From the sequence record DRR723986_5340: 48,262 nt of DNA; one strand, written 5' to 3'. Positions 10,735 to 20,222 of the stretch are shown in pieces (within the stretch, counting starts at the first letter, position 1; the number at the start of each line of letters is the position of its first letter). The position numbers and the translations under genes are program-made. The notes under the pieces are model-generated. The model ran no database searches and was not told the DNA's origin. It saw only the letters and a program-made list of their open reading frames with translations.

Positions 10735-11990
10735 CGCTCTGCCGACCACGGCGCAACCTTAACCAGCATCAACATGCCTGGGATCGCCAATGCAGCGCAG
10801 AGCAAATAGAAATTCGTCCAACCGACCACTTCAACAATGGCGCCAGTGGTGGCATTGGCAAAGGTGCGCGGCAGTGCCGCCAGCGCGGTGAACAAGGCAA
10901 ACTGTGTGGCCGCATAGGCCGGTGTTGTTGCCCTGGCAATAAAGGCGGTAAAGGCGGCGGTGCCTAAACCCACCCCGAGGTACTCAAATACAATCACTAG
11001 GGTCAGCGCCAGGCGGTTCGGCCCGATTTCAGCCAATGCCGCAAAGCCAAAGATGCTCAGCAGTTGCACCACACCAAATAGCCAAAGCGCGCGATTGATG
11101 CCCAGCCGAATCATTATCACGCCGCCCACCAGGCCACCAATAATCGCGGCCGTCAGCGAGGCCGTTTTAGCGATCGTGCCAATTTCCGTGAGGCTAAAAC
11201 CGATATCCAAGTAAAAAGGCGACGACAGCGCGGTGGCCATATTGTCACCGAGCTTGTACAGAAACAGGAAGGTCAGCAGCCACAAGGCACTGCCCAGCCC
11301 GTTGCGCTGCACAAACTCCTTAAATGGCTCGACCACTGCCGCGCGCAGGGTAAGAGGCGCCGCGCTGTCATCACCGGCCTCGCTTACCCAGAAGGTCATC
11401 GCAACACCGATGAGCATGAAGCCGGCCATCACCATGAACACCGTGCTCCAGGGGAAGTAGTCCCCCATGATCACCCCGAGAGAACCCGGCACCAAACCGG
11501 CCAAGCGGTAGGCCTGCACATGTATCGCGTTGCCCAGCCCCAGCTCCTCGTCCTTCAGAAGCTCACGGCGATACGCGTCCAGCACAACATCCTGGCTGGC
11601 GCTAAAAAAAGCGACCCCCGCCGCCACGTAGGCAACCAACCCGACAGACATCGTCGGGTCAATAAAACCCAGTGCCGCCATGGACAGCATGAGAGCGATC
11701 TGCGTGATCAACATCCACCCGCGCCGGCGGCCCAAAAACGGCGGCACATAGCGGTCCATCAACGGCGCCCATACAAACTTCCAGTTATACGGGAAGCCCA
11801 CAAGGGCAAATAAGCCGATCTCGGTTAGCCCTACTCCCTCGCTGCGCAGCCACGCTGGCACCAGTTGAATGAGGAAATACAACGGCAAACCCGAGGCCAA
11901 CCCAGTAAGCACGCAGATAAACATCTGCTGCGTAAAAATGGCTCGATACCATGGCAGGTCGGTGACGTCCGGTGACGGCTGGGGCTGCAT
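10731..11990 (-). CDS. ampG: AmpG family muropeptide MFS permease
   Basis: GLASGLP, KFVWAPLMD, GRRRGW and SASQDVVLDAYR motifs. Adjacent to yajQ/panE. Confidence 0.92.
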   Translation of the reverse strand: MQPQPSPDVTDLPWYRAIFTQQMFICVLTGLASGLPLYFLIQLVPAWLRSEGVGLTEIGLFALVGFPYNWKFVWAPLMDRYVPPFLGRRRGWMLITQIALMLSMAALGFIDPTMSVGLVAYVAAGVAFFSASQDVVLDAYRRELLKDEELGLGNAIHVQAYRLAGLVPGSLGVIMGDYFPWSTVFMVMAGFMLIGVAMTFWVSEAGDDSAAPLTLRAAVVEPFKEFVQRNGLGSALWLLTFLFLYKLGDNMATALSSPFYLDIGFSLTEIGTIAKTASLTAAIIGGLVGGVIMIRLGINRALWLFGVVQLLSIFGFAALAEIGPNRLALTLVIVFEYLGVGLGTAAFTAFIARATTPAYAATQFALFTALAALPRTFANATTGAIVEVVGWTNFYLLCAALAIPGMLMLVKVAPWSAER

Positions 11991-12040
11991 TATTGCCTAT
12001 CCTTAATTGGGCTGCGGCCCAGAGGCCGGAGTCGGTGCAA

Positions 12041-12523
12041 TCAATCGCGAAAATTATTGAATTGCAGGGGCTGCTCTAGATCAGCATCGCGCAACAGCGC
12101 CATTACCTGCTGGAGGTCGTCGCGTTTTTTACCGGTGACCCTCACCTGATCACCCTGAATTTGGCTTTGCACTTTCAGCTTGCTGTCTTTGATCAGCTTG
12201 ACGATCTTGCGGCACAGATCCGACTCCAAACCATTTTTCATGGTCACCCGTTGCCGCACTTGCTTACCGTAGCCTTCCATGTCGCCCAGTTCCATCGCCT
12301 TCGGGTCGATCTTGTTCTTTATCAGGGTGCTGCGCAGTATGTCTTCCATCTGAGTCAGCTGAAACTCCGCCTCGGCCAACACCGTGGCATTGAGCCCGTC
12401 GCGCTCGAAGCTGGCTTCAACACCGCGAAAATCAAAGCGGGTATCCAACTGGCGGTTGGCCTGATCAAGGGCATTGGTAAAGGTGTGCAAATCCACTTCA
12501 GACACGATATCAAACGACGGCAT
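12041..12523 (-). CDS. yajQ: YajQ family nucleotide/c-di-GMP-binding protein
   Basis: MPSFDIVSEVD, RVTGKKRDDLQ and QFNNFRD. Confidence 0.96.
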   Translation of the reverse strand: MPSFDIVSEVDLHTFTNALDQANRQLDTRFDFRGVEASFERDGLNATVLAEAEFQLTQMEDILRSTLIKNKIDPKAMELGDMEGYGKQVRQRVTMKNGLESDLCRKIVKLIKDSKLKVQSQIQGDQVRVTGKKRDDLQQVMALLRDADLEQPLQFNNFRD

Positions 12524-12626
12524 TCAGGTTCTTCCTATACAAATGAACGGGCACAAGTGTAACAAGGGCTGACGCGCGCAAACAGCACCGTTGCTCCACA
12601 CCGCAGCCATCACGTAAGCTGCCACC

Positions 12627-13541
12627 ATGACTTCACACCGCTCACATTGGCACATACTTGGCGCAGGCGCGATAGGCAGCCTGTGGGCCAGCTACGCCGT
12701 TAAACATGACCTGCCAACCACATTGCTGCTACGCAGCGACGAACGACTTTCGCAGTTTAAAATGGCAGGGGGAATCCTCGCGACTCTGGCAGGGAGTGCT
12801 GAACTGCTGCCACTGGCGGCAGAATCATGCGAACAAAATGGCCCGCCGATAGCGCGTTTACTCCTTACCACCAAAGCACCAGACAGCTTATCAGCCGTCG
12901 CGTCTATCAGCCCTCGCTTGGCCTCGGGTGCCTGCGTGGTACTGCTTCAAAATGGCCTGGGCGTGCGCGAAGAATTGCTCAAACTTCGGCCCGACCTGCA
13001 GTGCTATCACGCCGTCACCACGGAAGGAGCATTTCGCCCCGCTCCTTTTCAGGTCGTGCACGCGGGTCGCGGTCGCACGCTGCTTGGCGGCGGCTCAAAT
13101 GATAAAGCCCTGGCGAGAGAACTCAGCGTCGGGCCGCTCGTTGTTACCCCCGACCCGAACATCGAGCAAGCCCTGTGGCGCAAGCTCATTATCAACTGCG
13201 CCATCAACCCCTTAACGGCGCTGTATCGCTGCCGCAACGGCGAGCTGTTGGACAATCCTCAGGCGCTTCAGCAACTGCACGGCGTCATCGACGAGGCGCT
13301 CTGCCTGGCGCCGCATTTGCAACTCGGCGATGTCTTTGACGGCCTGCGGGAGCAAGTCTTGGACGTCGTCGCAAATACCGCCCTCAACCGCTCATCGATG
13401 TTACAAGACATCGAGTCCGGTCGCCGCAGTGAGATCGACTACATCACGGGCTACCTCTGTCGCGTGGCAGAGCAACACGGTATTGCCATGCCCATCAACC
13501 GGCAGCTGCTAGAGCAACTAAAGGCCCTTCCGGGCCAATAA
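12627..13541 (+). CDS. panE: 2-dehydropantoate 2-reductase
   Basis: GAGAIG, LQNGLG, WRKLIINCAINPLTA and SSMLQD..GRRSEIDYITG. Confidence 0.92.
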   Translation: MTSHRSHWHILGAGAIGSLWASYAVKHDLPTTLLLRSDERLSQFKMAGGILATLAGSAELLPLAAESCEQNGPPIARLLLTTKAPDSLSAVASISPRLASGACVVLLQNGLGVREELLKLRPDLQCYHAVTTEGAFRPAPFQVVHAGRGRTLLGGGSNDKALARELSVGPLVVTPDPNIEQALWRKLIINCAINPLTALYRCRNGELLDNPQALQQLHGVIDEALCLAPHLQLGDVFDGLREQVLDVVANTALNRSSMLQDIESGRRSEIDYITGYLCRVAEQHGIAMPINRQLLEQLKALPGQ

Positions 13542-13593
13542 GCCACAGGCTTCTGTACCCAGCCGCAGACCCAGGCATTTGCCACCGTGCCCA

Positions 13594-14478
13594 TCAAGGC
13601 TCCACAGGTTCGCGGCTAAAAATACCGATAATCGGCGTTTGCTCTGCGCGCAAAATCGGCTCGATTTCCCTGTGAACGGCGTGATAGCGATAAAACGGCA
13701 CGCGGGGAAAGAGGTGGTGAATGGAGTGCAGGTTTTGTCCCAGCCAGAACCATTCAAATGGCTTCATCCAACGCGGCATGATCATACTGCAGGTATTGCG
13801 GTAGCGTTCAGCGTCGCGGTAAGGCAGGTGCGGACGATACGCAAACCAGTAGGCCGTAAAGAAGCCACCAAGGAAATAGCCCACGATCAATAATGCAACA
13901 ATCGCCGGCGTGGCCACCCACGCCACCAAGGCGATACGCCAGCTCACAGAAAACGCAATTTCACCCAAATAAATCAACCGCTCGCGGCCAGACACCTTGT
14001 GCCAGCGGGTCGCATAAAGGAAGCGGTTTTGCAGCCAAAAAAACTGCAGGCCCGTCACCAGAAAGGCCCACCACCCGTCGCCCATTTTGTGGAGCATATA
14101 GTCCGGGTCCTTACCCTGCTGATTGGTATAGCGGTGATGGGTAAAGTGCTCCACCGTGTGCGATGCATAAGGGATCATAATAATGGGGGCAACAACAAAC
14201 CCACAGGCATCGTTCAGCCATTTCAACGATGCATGATCACCATGAATATTCGCGTGGGTGGCTTCGTGCAAAGGCGTGTAGGCCATGTAGGTGAGCGCAG
14301 CATACACCAGCGTCGCCAGCCACCACGGCACCACACCGGCGATGAACAGGGCCAAGTTCGCAATAAAAGCACCGACAACTAACATAGTGAGTAGCACCGT
14401 TGGCCAGGCAAACTCTCCCATGTAGCGCTTGGCCACCACAATAGCCCGCCGATTAGCTGTGCTATGATTCTTTTCCAC
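13594..14478 (-). CDS. Membrane fatty acid desaturase/hydroxylase family protein
   Basis: Three His boxes (HEATH, HFTHH, HSIHH) plus FPRVP. GTG start with RBS ggag. Confidence 0.85.
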   Translation of the reverse strand: MEKNHSTANRRAIVVAKRYMGEFAWPTVLLTMLVVGAFIANLALFIAGVVPWWLATLVYAALTYMAYTPLHEATHANIHGDHASLKWLNDACGFVVAPIIMIPYASHTVEHFTHHRYTNQQGKDPDYMLHKMGDGWWAFLVTGLQFFWLQNRFLYATRWHKVSGRERLIYLGEIAFSVSWRIALVAWVATPAIVALLIVGYFLGGFFTAYWFAYRPHLPYRDAERYRNTCSMIMPRWMKPFEWFWLGQNLHSIHHLFPRVPFYRYHAVHREIEPILRAEQTPIIGIFSREPVEP

Positions 14479-14539
14479 CGATTATTCTCCGAGCATTGAT
14501 GACAGGCCAGCACACTACAGACAGCGTCGCTCAACCAGA

Positions 14540-14575
14540 AGGGCATTTCTGGCCGTCATCAGGGCATAGCAGACC
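14540..14575 (-). promoter_or_regulatory. Putative AraC/XylS tandem operator of the desaturase promoter
   Basis: GGtCtGctATGCCCT and GGcCaGaaATGCCCT repeated with a 21-bp period, abutting the -35 position of a TAGTGT -10 element (14512-14517). Confidence 0.5.
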
Positions 14576-14623
14576 ACCACACATTTCGTGCCGGCTGCGG
14601 CAGCAAACGGAGCTGGCCGGGCG

Positions 14624-15637
14624 ATGAACGCAGATATTCTTCACCCAATTACCATGGCCCAGGTCATGGTGAACTTTGCAGCCGAGCGCGGCGTTAGCCA
14701 ACAATGCTGCCTGCGAAACACCGGCATCTCCGGCAGTGACCTTGCCGAAACAGAAAGCCTGATTACCCGCGAGCAGGAAATGCAGGTCATCGCGAATGTG
14801 ATGCATGCCCTTGGCGGCAGCCCCGCCATTGGGTTTGAACTGGGCCTGCGCTACAACATCGCCACCTTCGGCTTATGGGGCTTCACGCTTCGCACCTGCC
14901 GCAGCCTGCGAGACGCTGTGCAACATGCCATGCGCTATCTACCGCTAAGCACTGCCTACTGCCAACTGAGCCTGATCGACAACGACACGCATTTCGGCGT
15001 TGTACTCAACGGCGATACCATCCCACTTGAGCTCAGGGAGTTTCTGAAACTTCGCGATTTGGCAACTGCGCTCAATTTACTGCGTGAACTCGGTTTGTCA
15101 GGCATTAGCGTGCAAGCCGTGGAGCTGGACTTAATGCAAACCGCGGAGCTTGAGAAAAGCGAGACCTTAGCTGCCTGGAACCCGCATTTCGCTGCACCGC
15201 GAACCGCCGTGTTAATCGCCCCGGAAGACGCCGACCGACCGCTTCCCACTTACGACCCGCACCTGGTGAGAATGCTGGAAGACCAGTGCCGCACGCAATT
15301 GGCACGTCGGCAGGAAACCGGAACCGCAGGACAAGTCCGTCGCCAAATCCTCTGTCAACTCGGGCTAAGCGCAACACTGGAAGACACGGCGGCAGCACTG
15401 GCGATCTCACCGCGCAGCCTGCGTCGTCGCCTGGAAGAGGAGAACACCAGCTTCAGGCAACTGGTTGATGACGAGCGACGCTCACTCGCCGAGCAACTGC
15501 TAAAAAACTCCCTGATGACGCTGGAAGAACTCGCCGCCCAGCTCGGATACCTGGATACAGCAAGCTTCACCCGCGCCTTTCGGCGCTGGCACGGCCAGTC
15601 TCCCGGCCAGTACCGAAAAAATCAATACAAGGTCTAG
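14624..15637 (+). CDS. AraC family transcriptional regulator (OruR-like N-terminal domain)
   Basis: C-terminal HTH motifs SPRSLRRRL and LGYLDTASFTRAFRRWHGQSP. Divergent from the desaturase. Probable ATG at 14624. Confidence 0.9.
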   Translation: MNADILHPITMAQVMVNFAAERGVSQQCCLRNTGISGSDLAETESLITREQEMQVIANVMHALGGSPAIGFELGLRYNIATFGLWGFTLRTCRSLRDAVQHAMRYLPLSTAYCQLSLIDNDTHFGVVLNGDTIPLELREFLKLRDLATALNLLRELGLSGISVQAVELDLMQTAELEKSETLAAWNPHFAAPRTAVLIAPEDADRPLPTYDPHLVRMLEDQCRTQLARRQETGTAGQVRRQILCQLGLSATLEDTAAALAISPRSLRRRLEEENTSFRQLVDDERRSLAEQLLKNSLMTLEELAAQLGYLDTASFTRAFRRWHGQSPGQYRKNQYKV

Positions 15638-15890
15638 CCTCTCTACCCTGACATCGATCTTTACCTGACCGCAAAACATAAGTGGGCGCCATTCGCGACA
15701 AGCAAACTCTACGACAACCACCTGCTAACACGCCGCATGAGGAGCAAAAAGGCGACCGCCGCAGCCCATTTAATCTGCTTTTATTCAGCAGCTTGCAAGT
15801 CAGAAGCGCTTTATTTTCGCTACAATTGGTCGCCAGGCACGCCACAATGCCTGCGGCGATCTTACTCGTATTTTTCAGGATTCATGGCAA

Positions 15891-17354
15891 ATGACTCGTT
15901 ATCGACAGGGACTTTCTGTTTTCACTCTATGCCTGCTGGCTATCCTTTCCTCAGGCTGTGCAACAAAGTACTACAAGTACTACCCCGATGAACTTGTCCA
16001 TCAAACAAAGATTATTGTTGAGCACATGGACGTACAGGCGGAAAAATTTGAAATTTCAACGCGCACCGAAACACCCCAGCAAATTGTCCTGGCGTACACC
16101 ATAGATCGCGAGGCGAATCTCACCGAGTCGCACATCAAGAGCATTGACTACATTCAATCCTGGGCGGCGTTTTCTGACGGCGACTACAAACATCGCGTCG
16201 CCGGCGCAAAAAAGAAGAAGCGCCTTTACCTGGAGCAAAGCCAGGCACTGACCGAGTTATTGTCACCGCTGCATAGCGCCGAAACCTCAAGCACTCGCAA
16301 CCGGCGTATCAGTGGCAAACCCAGCCTCATATGGGAGACGACAAAGCGCCTCGAGAGCGGAGGTAAAGTATCCGTCCCGGAACAGGGTGATGCCATACTG
16401 TGCAGCCTAGACATGTCGGCTTTGCACACTTGCGTAACATACCGTAACGGCGAAAGACTAAATCGCTATCAGAGTAATGTCTTAAAAAGGCTAGCACCTG
16501 GCGGCGAGCTCAATGAGCGCAACATCACAGATACGGTCGTTAATATCGTCAAGCAGGATGCACTGTTTAAGCGGGTACTCAAAAACCAGCGCAGCGTGAA
16601 GGCTCAGGTTCAACCCCGGGCTGGTAATGTACCTGACGGTATGACAACTACGGTAGATGACGGCGTAATAGAGGTGGCGACCACCAACAAGCACCTCGGC
16701 TTTTCGAAGGCGCATTTTTTCAGTCAGCTGCCAAAGAAATACCACCACCTGATTGATGCTTGGCTCAAGGAAATTACTGTCCCGCTTAGCTTTTCCACTA
16801 ATCACAGCACCGCCAGTTACCCCTTGCGCTATTTTGATAGCACGGAGCTCCACCAAGAGATCAGTCGGCTTGAAAAGATTGGCAGCGGCTATATTCGCCT
16901 TACCGCAAACATGGACAATGTCGACGTATACATCGATGGCAAGCCCAGCGGAAAGATAAGTAAAGCCGCGCCCTACGTAGGCAAGCTCACCGAGGGTCGG
17001 CACACCATACAAGTTCGGAAGGACTTCTTCGGTGCCAAGACGATTAGCGTCCAAATAGAAGCCGACGACGCCTTTGCCTATAATTTCGACATGCAACCCT
17101 CGGGCAATATGTCGGAACAATTAGGCGCAGGAAAAGTGGTGCAATCGACTGGTGTGCTCGTAATCGTGACGACCCGCAACGATATTCAGCTGGAAATAAA
17201 CGGCATCTCTCGCACGCCGCCAACCAAATTACCCAATATGCCCTCTGGAAAACACAAGATGAAAGTCATCACGTCTGAGCGGGAATTTATTATCGATATA
17301 CTGGTAAAGGAAAATGCTAAGTCACTGATCGACCTAGACAAGTACCTCCATTAA
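15891..17354 (+). CDS. PEGA-domain lipoprotein
   Basis: Lipobox LSSGC. C-terminal PEGA-like repeats (VDVYIDGK..GRHTIQVRKDFF; LEING..TP...PSGKHKMKV). Confidence 0.7.
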   Translation: MTRYRQGLSVFTLCLLAILSSGCATKYYKYYPDELVHQTKIIVEHMDVQAEKFEISTRTETPQQIVLAYTIDREANLTESHIKSIDYIQSWAAFSDGDYKHRVAGAKKKKRLYLEQSQALTELLSPLHSAETSSTRNRRISGKPSLIWETTKRLESGGKVSVPEQGDAILCSLDMSALHTCVTYRNGERLNRYQSNVLKRLAPGGELNERNITDTVVNIVKQDALFKRVLKNQRSVKAQVQPRAGNVPDGMTTTVDDGVIEVATTNKHLGFSKAHFFSQLPKKYHHLIDAWLKEITVPLSFSTNHSTASYPLRYFDSTELHQEISRLEKIGSGYIRLTANMDNVDVYIDGKPSGKISKAAPYVGKLTEGRHTIQVRKDFFGAKTISVQIEADDAFAYNFDMQPSGNMSEQLGAGKVVQSTGVLVIVTTRNDIQLEINGISRTPPTKLPNMPSGKHKMKVITSEREFIIDILVKENAKSLIDLDKYLH

Positions 17355-17365
17355 TACCAACGGAA

Positions 17366-17389
17366 GCAGGGCTGGCAAGCCAGCCCTGC
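17366..17389. repeat. Perfect inverted repeat downstream of the PEGA gene
   Basis: gcagggctggc-aa-gccagccctgc with no U-tract. Confidence 0.6.
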
Positions 17390-17436
17390 CAGCTTGCGAA
17401 CCTGGCGCCCGCAAGTCGAGCGTTGGCGCTGAATAT

Positions 17437-17465
17437 TTGACAACGCCTTCGCGCCCGAATAGAGT
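17437..17465 (+). promoter_or_regulatory. Sigma-70 promoter of the btuB operon
   Basis: TTGACA-17 nt-TAGAGT directly upstream of the riboswitch. Confidence 0.8.
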
Positions 17466-17473
17466 TGCGCCGC

Positions 17474-17640
17474 CTGTGTTAGGTGCCCAAAGACATTAGT
17501 TTGAGGGTTAAACGGGAAGTTCGGTGAGTCGACCACTCGACAAGACCGACGCTGCCCCCGCAACGGTAATCACCTTTGGTGAGAGCCCGGAACCGGCCTA
17601 ATCAGTTATCACCCGATGTAGCGGAGGGCTTCATCAGCGG
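17474..17640 (+). ncRNA. Cobalamin riboswitch
   Basis: AGGTGCCC..GGGTTAAACGGGAA..CGGTG..GCTGCCCCCGCAACGGTAA..GAGCCCGGAACCGGCCT. A downstream hairpin loop GCGGAGGG could form the kissing loop. Lies upstream of btuB. Confidence 0.92.
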
Positions 17641-17706
17641 TCATATACTTGTATATCACCACTATCCCTCCCTCATTGCTTCCTATTTTTAGCTTTGAGG
17701 TAAGTC

Positions 17707-19584
17707 ATGAAAAACCGTCCACTTGCTGCGAACGCTGCTCTGCTTGCAGCCTTATCCAGCCCGCTGATTACCAGCGCCGGCGAAATAGAAACCACCGTCG
17801 TTACCGCCACGCGCACTGAGCAAAGCATTGCCGAAGTACTGGCGCCAGTCACGGTATTCGAGCGCGCCGATATCGAACGTATCGCACCACTAGACCTGCA
17901 AGAATTGCTGTCTCGCGCCGCTGGCATTAGCTTCGTGCGCAATGGTGGCCGCGGCGCCGCCACCAGCTTGTTTGTTCGCGGCAACCAAAGCAACCATACG
18001 CTGCTGTTGGTTGACGGCGTGCGGGTAGGCTCAGCAACACTGGGCAGTCCCTCGCTCACTAACTTGCCCCCGGAGCTGATCGAGCGCGTAGAAATTGTTC
18101 GCGGGCCTCGCTCAGCCTTGTATGGTTCCGAGGCGATTGGCGGTGTCATTAACATCATCACCAAGAAGTACCACGACACCGATGGCGTGAAACCCTTTGT
18201 ACAACTTAGCGCGGGCACCCAGGGCACTGTTAAAACGGTTGCTGCCGTGAACGGCGGAAACACCGACACTCAGTTCAGTCTAAGCGGCTTGTACGAGGAG
18301 ACCGACGGCGTCGACAACACCACAAGCAAGGCGCTGCGCCACGGCGATGACGACGGTTTTGAGCAGCAGGCTATCAATTTCAGCGTGTCACATCGCTTTA
18401 ACGCACGCGCCAAAGTTCACGCACTGTACCAGCACAGCGATAGCGAGAGCGAATACGACACCAACTGCTACGCACCGTTTCCCAATAACTTTGCCTGCGA
18501 GCCCTACACAGACAGCACAGTTACCGTCGCGGGTTTGCGCGGTGAATTTCAGCTAAGCGACAACTGGGCACTGAAGCTTACCGCGGGCCAATCTACCGAT
18601 GAAAGCCAAACGCGCTATCGCTATCGCGACCCCGCGTTGGTGGCCGCGAATCTTCGCGGCGACGTATTTGAAACCACTCGCAAGCAATTCACCGCCCAGA
18701 ATGACTGGCAGCTAGGTAAACACCACGTACTCACCCTGGGTGGCGAGCACATTAATGACGAGGTCGACAGCAATCTGAGCTACGGCAAAGACGAACGCGA
18801 GAACAATGCAGGCTTTGCGCAATGGCAGGCCGACTATGGCCGCATCGACTACGCATTGGGCTGGCGCCATGACAGCAATGAGCAATTTGGCTCCAGCGAC
18901 ACCCGCAACGCCGCCGCGGGACTGGACTTACCCATGGGCATGAAATTGATCGCCTCCTACGGCGAGGGCTTCAACGCCCCCACTTTTAACGACCTCTACT
19001 ACCCCGACGACTACGGCAACCCCAACCTCGAGCCTGAAAGTTCAAAAAACCGGGAGCTGGAGTTGCGCGGCAAACACGCCTGGGGGCAGTGGAGCGTTAA
19101 CTATTTCATCAATGACGTGGATAAGCTCATCCAATACAACCCCGCTACCTCCAAGCCGGACCAAATTGAATCAGCGCGCCTCGAGGGCCTGGAGCTAAGC
19201 TTAGCAACCGTAGTAAGACAGTGGCATATCGAAGCCAATGCAACGCTCTTGGATACTGAAGATAAAAATTCAGGCAAGGAATTGCGCCGCCGCGCCGATA
19301 GCCAGGTGAACATCGATGTTGACCGCCAATGGCAGCAATGGGGAGTCAATGCCAGTGTTCGCTTGACCAGTGACCGCTACGAAAACACCAGCAATACCGA
19401 CGAATTGCCGGGCTACGGCCTGGTCGATGCCGGTGTTTCCTACCAGATCAATGACAGCCTCAAGTTGCAACTGCTGGTAAAGAACCTGTTTGACAAAGAC
19501 TACGTTAGCGCCAGACACTTCAGCCTCGGCAATTATGAGTCAATTGGGCGTGAAGCCCTGCTAAGCGTGACCTACGCCCCCTAA
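17707..19584 (+). CDS. btuB: TonB-dependent vitamin B12 receptor
   Basis: TonB box ETTVVTATR and plug motif IERVEIVRGPRSALYGSEAIGGVINIIT. Riboswitch and cob gene context. Confidence 0.92.
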   Translation: MKNRPLAANAALLAALSSPLITSAGEIETTVVTATRTEQSIAEVLAPVTVFERADIERIAPLDLQELLSRAAGISFVRNGGRGAATSLFVRGNQSNHTLLLVDGVRVGSATLGSPSLTNLPPELIERVEIVRGPRSALYGSEAIGGVINIITKKYHDTDGVKPFVQLSAGTQGTVKTVAAVNGGNTDTQFSLSGLYEETDGVDNTTSKALRHGDDDGFEQQAINFSVSHRFNARAKVHALYQHSDSESEYDTNCYAPFPNNFACEPYTDSTVTVAGLRGEFQLSDNWALKLTAGQSTDESQTRYRYRDPALVAANLRGDVFETTRKQFTAQNDWQLGKHHVLTLGGEHINDEVDSNLSYGKDERENNAGFAQWQADYGRIDYALGWRHDSNEQFGSSDTRNAAAGLDLPMGMKLIASYGEGFNAPTFNDLYYPDDYGNPNLEPESSKNRELELRGKHAWGQWSVNYFINDVDKLIQYNPATSKPDQIESARLEGLELSLATVVRQWHIEANATLLDTEDKNSGKELRRRADSQVNIDVDRQWQQWGVNASVRLTSDRYENTSNTDELPGYGLVDAGVSYQINDSLKLQLLVKNLFDKDYVSARHFSLGNYESIGREALLSVTYAP

Positions 19585-19619
19585 GGCGAACGCGTAGACT
19601 GCGATGGAGCTCCGTCACA

Positions 19620-20222
19620 ATGAATGAAGAAGAGAAGCGCCACCAACAGCGCATGCAGAAGAAGAAGGCACTGATCGACGCCAAGGTCGCGAAAGCGACC
19701 GAAGAGCGCGGCGTGCTTATCGTCTTAAGCGGGCCGGGCAAGGGGAAATCCAGCTCGGGCTTTGGCACGGTGATTCGCTGTATTGGTCACGGCTACAAGG
19801 CCGCGGTAGTGCAGTTCATCAAGGGGACCTGGGATTGCGGTGAGAGAAATTTCTTGCAACAGCGTTGTCCCGAGGTGCCTTTCATTGTGATGGGCTCCGG
19901 TTTCACCTGGGAAACACAAAGCCGGGAACGCGATCGCGAAGCCGCTCAGCAAGCCTGGCAGCAAACGAAAACACTGTTGAACGATGCCTCATTACACTTG
20001 GTGCTGCTCGACGAACTGACCTACATATTGAAGTACGGATACATCGACGCCGAAGAAGTCTACGAAGCGCTGCGCAACCGCCCTCGGGAGCAGAGCGTGA
20101 TTATTACTGGCCGTGGTGCGCCGCCAGCCCTCAAAGAACTGGCCGACACCGTATCGATGATCGATGATAAGAAACACGCCTTTCGCGCCGGCATTAAGGC
20201 GAGAAAAGGCGTGGAGTATTGA
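19620..20222 (+). CDS. cobO: Cob(I)yrinic acid a,c-diamide adenosyltransferase (CobO/BtuR)
   Basis: GPGKGKSSSGFG, VQFIKG, GFTW, LDEL and ITGR motifs. Confidence 0.95.
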   Translation: MNEEEKRHQQRMQKKKALIDAKVAKATEERGVLIVLSGPGKGKSSSGFGTVIRCIGHGYKAAVVQFIKGTWDCGERNFLQQRCPEVPFIVMGSGFTWETQSRERDREAAQQAWQQTKTLLNDASLHLVLLDELTYILKYGYIDAEEVYEALRNRPREQSVIITGRGAPPALKELADTVSMIDDKKHAFRAGIKARKGVEY

